In this document: piece after piece, positions 57,939-64,000 of the stretch
Numbering within the stretch: the stretch's first letter is position 1
How the letters are laid out: each line of letters starts with the position of its first letter
Assembly (NCBI GenBank): GCA_018400295.1
Contig: JAGYMZ010000002.1
Span: forward strand, 3,106 to 67,105
Length of the DNA: 64,000 nucleotides
Direction of reading: 5' to 3'
Source of the DNA: Bacteroidales bacterium
Lineage (GTDB): Bacteria > Bacteroidota > Bacteroidia > Bacteroidales > B18-G4
Program-made: the position numbers and the translations under genes
The notes under the pieces: generated by a model
The model's input: only the letters and a program-made list of their open reading frames with translations
What the model was told of the DNA's origin: nothing
The model's database searches: none

Positions 57939-59681
57939 CTACCTTCGTTTGAGGTTCAGTTCTCTTAATTGCTCCTCGCTGATGCCGGAGGGAGCGTCGA
58001 TCATAACGTCCCTGCCTGCATTGTTTTTAGGGAAGGCAATAAAATCGCGTATGGAATCCTTTCCTGCAAAAACCGCAACCCACCGGTCGAAACCATAAGC
58101 GATCCCCCCGTGGGGAGGGGCTCCGTACTCAAAGGCATTCAGGAGGAAACCAAATTGCTCCTGCGCTTCTTCATCGGTGAATCCCAGGACCCTGAACATT
58201 TTTTTCTGAAGCCCACGCTCATGGATCCGTATGGAACCCCCACCGATCTCAACGCCGTTGATGACCATATCGTAGGCATTGGCCCGTACTTTTGCCGGAT
58301 CGCTCTCCAGCAAGGGTATGTCTTCCTTCTTTGGGGATGTGAAGGGATGGTGCATGGCATGGTAGCGACCGGCTTCCCCGTCCCATTCAAGAAGCGGGAA
58401 ATCAACCACCCACAGGGGCTTGAATGCTTCCGGGTCCCTCAACCCCAGCCGGTCACCCATCTCCAGCCTGAGTATGTTCAGGGCATGGCGGGTTTCATAC
58501 GGGTTGCCGGCCAGAATAAGCAGCAGGTCCCCGGGCCGGGCCCGGAATTTGTCTGCCCAGACTTTCAGGTCTTCCTGTGAAAAGAATTTATCCACAGAGG
58601 ATTTGAAAGAGCCGTCTTCGTTAAATTTCACATAAACCAGTCCTTTTGCCCCCACCTGCGGTTTTCTTACGAAATCCGTGAGTTCATCCAGTTGCTTCCT
58701 GGAATAGGATGCACATGCCTTTGCGCAAATGCCCACAACCAATCCAGCGTTGTCAAAAACATTGAATCCCTTGCCCCGGGCAACATCGTTCAGCTCCACG
58801 AATTTCATGTCAAACCGGATATCGGGCTTGTCGGAACCGTAATGCTTCATGGCTTCTTCGTAAGGCATTCTGGGAAAGTCCCCAATTTCCAAGCCTTTAA
58901 TGACCCTGAACAAATGCCTGGATAAGCCCTCGAAGGTATGCAATATGTCATCCTGCTCAACGAATGACATTTCACAGTCGATTTGCGTGAACTCCGGCTG
59001 CCGGTCTGCCCGCAGATCTTCATCCCGGAAGCACTTGACGATCTGGTAATACTTGTCGTAGCCGGCGATCATGAGCAGTTGCTTAAAGGTTTGGGGTGAC
59101 TGCGGCAAGGCATAAAATTGCCCTTCGTTCATGCGTGAGGGGACGACAAAATCCCGTGCCCCTTCCGGGGTGGATTTGATCAGACAGGGGGTTTCTATTT
59201 CGATAAAATCAATGGAATCCATGTATTTACGTGTCTCAATCGCCATCCGGTGCCGGAGTTCAATATTTTTCTTTATCAGGTTCCTGCGCAAATCCAGATA
59301 GCGAAATTTCATCCGCAACTCCTCGCCGCCATCGGTTTGATCTTCAATTGTGAAAGGCGGCGTTTTGGAAGGGTTCAGAACGCTGATCGCATCTGCAATG
59401 ATCTCAATGTCGCCTGTAGGCATCGCTGGATTTTTATTGCTTCGCTCGGCCACGTTGCCGTCAATACGGATCACGTATTCCCTCCCAAGAGCTCTTGCTT
59501 CCTTGCATAACCCGGCATTGGTTTCCATGTTGAAGACCACCTGGGTGATGCCGTACCGGTCCCGTAAATCGACGAAAGTCATGCCGCCCAGGTCTCTGGA
59601 TCTTTGCACCCATCCGCTTAACGTCACCTTTTTCCCTGTATCCTGTATGCGCAATTCTCCGCATGTATGTGTTCTGAGCAT
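57939..59681 (-). CDS. aspS: Aspartate--tRNA ligase
   Basis: Start moved to [11 protein letters not shown] (ATG 59681; 580 aa), since the 65-aa upstream extension has no aspS-like sequence. [34 protein letters not shown]. Confidence 0.95.
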   Translation of the reverse strand: MLRTHTCGELRIQDTGKKVTLSGWVQRSRDLGGMTFVDLRDRYGITQVVFNMETNAGLCKEARALGREYVIRIDGNVAERSNKNPAMPTGDIEIIADAISVLNPSKTPPFTIEDQTDGGEELRMKFRYLDLRRNLIKKNIELRHRMAIETRKYMDSIDFIEIETPCLIKSTPEGARDFVVPSRMNEGQFYALPQSPQTFKQLLMIAGYDKYYQIVKCFRDEDLRADRQPEFTQIDCEMSFVEQDDILHTFEGLSRHLFRVIKGLEIGDFPRMPYEEAMKHYGSDKPDIRFDMKFVELNDVARGKGFNVFDNAGLVVGICAKACASYSRKQLDELTDFVRKPQVGAKGLVYVKFNEDGSFKSSVDKFFSQEDLKVWADKFRARPGDLLLILAGNPYETRHALNILRLEMGDRLGLRDPEAFKPLWVVDFPLLEWDGEAGRYHAMHHPFTSPKKEDIPLLESDPAKVRANAYDMVINGVEIGGGSIRIHERGLQKKMFRVLGFTDEEAQEQFGFLLNAFEYGAPPHGGIAYGFDRWVAVFAGKDSIRDFIAFPKNNAGRDVMIDAPSGISEEQLRELNLKRR

Positions 59682-59893
59682 AACGATGTTGTTTTTAGAC
59701 AGTGCGAAAATAATAAAAGACCGGGAATAAATTCGGGAAAGGTATAATGTTTCAAAAGATAGTCGTATATTTATGACCTGTATGTGATCCGAAGTATGCA
59801 ATGCATTATTAACCCCAGGTCTCATGATGGCAATGCGGAAGATGCAAATTGACAATACAATTCCGGCGTGAGACATTTGAAAACATAAACATT

Positions 59894-60556
59894 ATGAAAA
59901 CCATAACCGTTAGGGAATTTGCCAGGATGTACGATGGCCTGGAACTCTTGACCCATACCAATGCTTCCCTTCAGCTGGGCGATTTGTTCGACAAGAAAGG
60001 CATGTTTAATAATTATCTGGATTTCAGTGGCTATAATGTGTCCTACAAGCTTGGCCTCTCTCCGGAAGGAGCCGGGGACCTGAAGAATCGTTTGAGGATG
60101 GTGGACGCCGTCCATGGGGAATTCGCCGGGATATCCATCAAGGATGAGTTTTCTGTCCACGGTGACATGATCATACCCTCCGTCAATGTTAATTTATCCG
60201 GCAAGGTGGAACAGTCCAGGGTAAAATATTTTGAGATCGGGCAGATACAAACAAAAATCCTGCGTGACCGCCTCAGGTATGAGATCCAGATGCTGATCGA
60301 GGATCTGATCGACCGCGACCGCAGGGAATACCGGCAGGAGTTGAGGGACCTGTATATTGCAGAGGCCCTGTATTATAGCCCTGACATCCGCATTGTGGTG
60401 GAAAAGGGCACCGAGGTGGATACAGAAGCGGCTTTCGGGGAGGTATACGGTGAGATGGAAATGGGTTATGATTCTGAAAAAAACCAGGTGTTTACCATAA
60501 AGGGCTCAGGTTATCCGTTTGCAGTGGATCTGAAAAAGATCAAGCATTTTATGTAA
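59894..60556 (+). CDS. Hypothetical protein, no family recognised
   Basis: 220 aa from the first ATG (the track ORF starts at a TTG at 59849). No Cys, no signal peptide, no TM. Mostly beta-strand pattern with one charged helix (RDRLRYEIQMLIEDLIDRDRREYRQELRDL). Confidence 0.6.
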   Translation: MKTITVREFARMYDGLELLTHTNASLQLGDLFDKKGMFNNYLDFSGYNVSYKLGLSPEGAGDLKNRLRMVDAVHGEFAGISIKDEFSVHGDMIIPSVNVNLSGKVEQSRVKYFEIGQIQTKILRDRLRYEIQMLIEDLIDRDRREYRQELRDLYIAEALYYSPDIRIVVEKGTEVDTEAAFGEVYGEMEMGYDSEKNQVFTIKGSGYPFAVDLKKIKHFM

Positions 60557-60612
60557 TCGTGACGCCTGGCGCGTGACGTGCAATGGAGCACGGGGCCGGT
60601 AAATGATCGCCA

Positions 60613-61041
60613 ATGAACATACGTGAGGCAAATATCAGGGATTATGACATCCTGGTGGCGTTGTGGAGATCGGCAGGATTGCCTTTTAAGCCCCACGGAA
60701 GGGATATGCGGGAGAACATTGAAAAAGAGCTTGCCCGGGGCTGTGCACATTTTCTGATCGCTGAAGAGAAGGGCAGACCGGTGGGTACCATCCTGGTAAC
60801 CCATGACGGCCGGAAAGGCTGGATCAACCGGCTTGCGGTGATACCCGCATACAGGAACCGCGGTATAGCCCGCATGCTGGTTGAAAAGGGAGAGAAGATC
60901 CTGGATGATGCCGGCATTGGCATCATTGCCTGTCTCATTGAAGATTATAACCGGGAATCCCTCGCTGTTTTTCAGAAGCTGGGCTACATCGATTTTAAGG
61001 GGATGCATTACCTGACCAAGCGGCAACACCCTGAGGTTTGA
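60613..61041 (+). CDS. GNAT-family N-acetyltransferase
   Basis: 142 aa; acetyl-CoA motif A RLAVIPAYRNRGIARMLV; FQKLGY. Confidence 0.85.
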   Translation: MNIREANIRDYDILVALWRSAGLPFKPHGRDMRENIEKELARGCAHFLIAEEKGRPVGTILVTHDGRKGWINRLAVIPAYRNRGIARMLVEKGEKILDDAGIGIIACLIEDYNRESLAVFQKLGYIDFKGMHYLTKRQHPEV

Positions 61042-61092
61042 GCCAGTATATCTGTTTGCCGAAAGACCAATGTCCGTGACATCTTTTAACCC

Positions 61093-64000
61093 TTATCTTG
61101 TACTTCTTCCAACCTTCACCCGGATCCCTTTCGAATGGCTGGCGAACTCCGGTGCATACATGCATTGGATGGTGGTGATGCCGTTGGAAAAGTCACCTTC
61201 CTGGGTAGCGACCATGGGGTATTCAAAAACATAGGTTCCTTTGGGCAAACGGCTGAAAAAGAAGTTTGTGGAAGCATCAAGCGTGCTCTGGTAATATCCG
61301 GTCCCACTCTCGTAACGATACCCTGAAAGCACGTTCACCGGCTCAAAGGTGGACGCCCGCATATCCTTCAGGTGCACGAATTCCATATCCCGGTCGGACC
61401 GGATCTCCATTCTGATAATGACTTTATCACCCGTATGGATGGTCCCGTTATCAGGAATTTCTTCAATAACCGGCCCGCTGGGTGTATTCTTTTCCAGAAA
61501 GAGCGTTTTATTTATACTGAGCGGTGTTTCATGTGGGGTGATCTTATCCAGGTCTTCAAAATACTGCCAGTACAGGGCTCCCCAGGCAATGCCCCTGTCT
61601 TTTTTGGTTACGGTTACCTGGCCCATTTCCGGTGTTATTTCTTCCCGCATCCAGGAAGTACGGAAATAGCCGGTCCCGGCTTCCGCTTTCACATCTTCCA
61701 GTTCATCCGGGTCTATCACCCTGTCGCCCACGGTGATCTCCACCCTCTCATCTCCTTTAAGGAGGTCTGTTCCCCTTAGCAGAAGTGCATAACAGGCTTC
61801 TGTCGTGGCCTTCGTTGTTTTCCAGTCTTGTGTCTGTTTTTGTTTCAGCAGCCAGATCTTCATTTTTTCAATGGATCCTGCATCTCCGCTGATCTCATGG
61901 AAGGCCTCGATCATCAGGGCCTGGGTTTCTATGGGTGCCTGGTACCAGTAATAACCGGTTTCGTTTCTCCAGTACATCCCCATTTCCTTGTCGTACAGCG
62001 CATGTTCTTTCAGGGAAGCGATGATCTGTGACGGCAGGGATTTTTCACCTATGCGATTCAGGGCCAGTGCGATCATTCCCTGCATGTAAATATGCTCTTC
62101 GAGCCAGTATTCTTTGGCCTGTTCCCGGAAATAGGCAAATGCCTCCTTATTTTTATCCTGCACCTTCCAGTCATCCAGGAAGCAGGTCCTTGCGTACAAG
62201 TATTGTATCTGCAGTCTGCCCAGGTGGTTTTCGTCCCGGTAATTGTCATTGTTCTCCCGGATATTTTCAAAATCTTCCCTGATCCGGTCATCCAGGTAAT
62301 TAACGGCCCGGGAAAGCATGCGCCAGGTTCTGGCGTTTTCCCTCATGTCTTTTATGCCCAGGTTATCCAGGTGGCCGAACCCGGTAACGATATGCTGGGT
62401 TATATACCGGTTGTCCCTCATCCCTTTGAACCAGGGCCAGCCGCCGTTGGGAAGCTGTTTTTCCTCCAATTTGGCCAGCGCACCCTGAAGTTGATTGCTC
62501 ATATGGTTTAGGTCGAAAAGTAATCCCATGCGCTGTTTCCTTTCCGTTTCATTCCGGGCCTGCAGAACCCAGGGCGTAGCTTCCAGGATGGTATTTTTAA
62601 GATCCTGGTTTTTTTCGAGTTTAGACAGGAGTGCATCCGGTGTAAGATTTTTCCAGCTGTCAAAGATCCTTTTGATCTTGGGGTTGGAGTTGGCGATATG
62701 GGATGCGATGCTGTTGGCATAATACCGGCTGAAAATTGATTCGGAATTGTCGTGTGTGTCATCCATAATATATGGCAGGGCCTGTACCGCATACCAGGCG
62801 GGATTGGATGTAAATTCCAGGGTCAGGCTGTAATCCTGAAGCGTTGTTGAGTGCTTATCGATCAAGCTGTTGAATGTGAAGTCCCAGGTCCCTTTTCCAT
62901 TCACCGGCATGGGCATGGATTCGGTAACCATCATACGATTGGGCAGTACCGGAATGGCCATCTCTTCCCCGTCGCTGAAGTCTCCTGCTTTGGCGGTTAT
63001 CCTGTACATCAGTGCATCCACATTATCCGGTATGTGTATATCCCAGGATAAGCCGGCATTGTTGCTTTTGCTGACTGTAAAGTCCTTTTTTGCCGAGTCC
63101 GTATTTTTCAAAACATCCACTTTTTCCAGGGTGGCGGGGTCCAGGAATTCGATCTCTGCCTGTCCTGTCAGTGTATGGTCCGACATATTCACTACCTTGG
63201 CAGAGAAAAGCATCCGGTCCCCTTTCCTGAAGAAACGGGGAGGATTGGGGACGACCATAAGATCTTTGCGGGTCACCAGTTCCTGCATGATCTGTCCCAC
63301 CTGCAGATCCGTGGTATAAGCCAGGCCCAGCATTTTCCAGCGGGTCAGGGCTTCGGGTACGGTATATGAAATGATGATATTTCCATCCGGACCGGATTTC
63401 AGTTCGGGGTAGAAAAAGGCTGTTTCATTGAAGTCCCGCCTTACGTTTACCGGTTCCGGAGATCCTTCCGTTTCCTGTGTGCCTTCTCCGCCTGGGGGTG
63501 CATCAGCGGGTTGTTCTTCGGATCCCTGTTCGCCATTATCCGCAACGCGATTTTTCATAGACATGACCAATCCTCCGGGTGTTCCGGCCTGCCGCATGGC
63601 GCCGGATTTGCCCGCATCCATCAGGTATGAAGGCCGTGAATATATCCCGAAGCCAAACCAGTTAAGCCGATCGTATTCTCTTGGCCTGAACGAAGTTGCT
63701 GGTATGTAAGGAGGTTCAATCGTTTTTGTACTTGTGTTCCGGAAAGCCTGGCGTATGTTCCAGTCAGGGAAGCTCATTTGCGGATGATAGAGCTCAAAGC
63801 TCCAGGAGTTTGGCCTGAAGGCATCCAATGATGCGTCATACATGGTTGCTGCCATTTCTGCCGCAACATGATCGCCCTTGTGGTTTCGAATCTGTATCTG
63901 CCATTCTTCCTTCTGGCCGGGTGTGAGCTTGTCCCTGAACGTTGCAAACTCAATATCCAGTTCTTTGTTGCTGTAAGGTACGCGGATAATGTGTGTATTT
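61093..64000 (-). CDS. Alpha-2-macroglobulin-family protein, C-terminal about 968 aa (N-terminus outside window)
   Basis: Track ORF starts at M (63855), but the frame is open to nt 64000 (..NTHIIRVPYSNKELDIEFATFRDKLTPGQKEEWQIQIRNHKGDHVAAE-MAATMYDASLDAF). FNETAFFYPEL, TRWKMLGLAYT, alpha/alpha-toroid region (GGWPWFKG), and a C-terminal receptor-like beta-domain. Confidence 0.85.
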   Translation of the reverse strand, partial: NTHIIRVPYSNKELDIEFATFRDKLTPGQKEEWQIQIRNHKGDHVAAEMAATMYDASLDAFRPNSWSFELYHPQMSFPDWNIRQAFRNTSTKTIEPPYIPATSFRPREYDRLNWFGFGIYSRPSYLMDAGKSGAMRQAGTPGGLVMSMKNRVADNGEQGSEEQPADAPPGGEGTQETEGSPEPVNVRRDFNETAFFYPELKSGPDGNIIISYTVPEALTRWKMLGLAYTTDLQVGQIMQELVTRKDLMVVPNPPRFFRKGDRMLFSAKVVNMSDHTLTGQAEIEFLDPATLEKVDVLKNTDSAKKDFTVSKSNNAGLSWDIHIPDNVDALMYRITAKAGDFSDGEEMAIPVLPNRMMVTESMPMPVNGKGTWDFTFNSLIDKHSTTLQDYSLTLEFTSNPAWYAVQALPYIMDDTHDNSESIFSRYYANSIASHIANSNPKIKRIFDSWKNLTPDALLSKLEKNQDLKNTILEATPWVLQARNETERKQRMGLLFDLNHMSNQLQGALAKLEEKQLPNGGWPWFKGMRDNRYITQHIVTGFGHLDNLGIKDMRENARTWRMLSRAVNYLDDRIREDFENIRENNDNYRDENHLGRLQIQYLYARTCFLDDWKVQDKNKEAFAYFREQAKEYWLEEHIYMQGMIALALNRIGEKSLPSQIIASLKEHALYDKEMGMYWRNETGYYWYQAPIETQALMIEAFHEISGDAGSIEKMKIWLLKQKQTQDWKTTKATTEACYALLLRGTDLLKGDERVEITVGDRVIDPDELEDVKAEAGTGYFRTSWMREEITPEMGQVTVTKKDRGIAWGALYWQYFEDLDKITPHETPLSINKTLFLEKNTPSGPVIEEIPDNGTIHTGDKVIIRMEIRSDRDMEFVHLKDMRASTFEPVNVLSGYRYESGTGYYQSTLDASTNFFFSRLPKGTYVFEYPMVATQEGDFSNGITTIQCMYAPEFASHSKGIRVKVGRSTR

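Noticed and set aside
59682-59876. N-terminal extensions in the ORF track: aspS +65 aa, wzt +43 aa (33065-33193), GT4 +54 aa (20837-20998), mnmA +12 aa, U32 +6 aa, plus TTG-initiated extensions at 40, 9533, 12051 and 59849.
   Set aside because: The extensions overlap upstream genes or have no similarity to the family N-termini. Internal ATGs restore canonical N-termini ([40 protein letters not shown] and others).
60613-61041. GNAT acetyltransferase plus upstream hypothetical protein as a GNAT-type toxin-antitoxin pair.
   Set aside because: GNAT toxins pair with small (~90 aa) RHH/DUF1778 antitoxins, usually overlapping. Here the partner is 220 aa, separated by 56 nt, with no DNA-binding motif. 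The GNAT looks like an ordinary housekeeping-type enzyme.
1-64000. Searched by eye for CRISPR arrays, tRNA/rRNA/tmRNA genes, transposases, integrases, phage genes, toxin-antitoxin pairs and known defence-system proteins.
   Set aside because: None recognised. All intergenic regions over 150 bp (9272-9550, 11799-12110, 14214-14549, 39201-39401, 42288-42470, 48213-48408, 49372-49555, 56115-56561, 59682-59893) were read. Only the repeats reported above stood out. Structured RNAs cannot be excluded without covariance-model searches.

Overview
This window looks like a Bacteroidota chromosomal segment. Start codons lack Shine-Dalgarno sequences, several genes have TAnnTTTG-type -7 boxes upstream, and Tat-exported Gfo/Idh/MocA enzymes and a Wza/Wzc locus rich in glycosyltransferases are present. 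I recognise about 52 protein genes and no rRNA, tRNA, CRISPR array, transposase or prophage. All calls come from reading motifs in the translated ORFs; nothing was searched against a database.

Layout:
- 1-6005: five-gene cluster of periplasmic oxidoreductases, a TIM-barrel enzyme and a DUF1080 protein, resembling the oxidative (3-keto) glycoside-cleavage route.
- 6089-12503: convergent FadL-like and FadD-like pair, a threonine-synthase-like PLP enzyme (possible cysteate synthase), PfpI and OsmC.
- 12525-42287: a roughly 30 kb surface-polysaccharide region. It holds a WecA-like initiating transferase with a membrane-anchored receiver protein, 11 glycosyltransferases, 2 acetyltransferases, a Wzy/WaaL-like protein, Wzm/Wzt, gmd/fcl and Wzc/Wza. 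Two hybrid histidine kinases bracket it.
- 42471-61041: housekeeping genes. These are a pfkB kinase, an EF-G paralogue with degenerate GTPase motifs, Fe-ADH, mnmA, tdh/kbl, cysS, tyrS, flavodoxin, a PHP phosphatase, a U32 peptidase, aspS, an orphan 220-aa protein and a GNAT.
- 61093-64000: C-terminal two-thirds of an alpha-2-macroglobulin-family protein that lacks the CxEQ thioester.

Most notable non-genic signals:
- A 44-46 bp perfect palindrome built from four helically phased 11-bp units, present twice (43462 and 57825).
- A pair of about 61-bp direct repeats, each carrying a minus-strand terminator-like hairpin, in the AT-rich gap 56115-56561.

I found no clearly novel multi-gene system that I can defend. 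The findings below are candidates, with their uncertainties stated.
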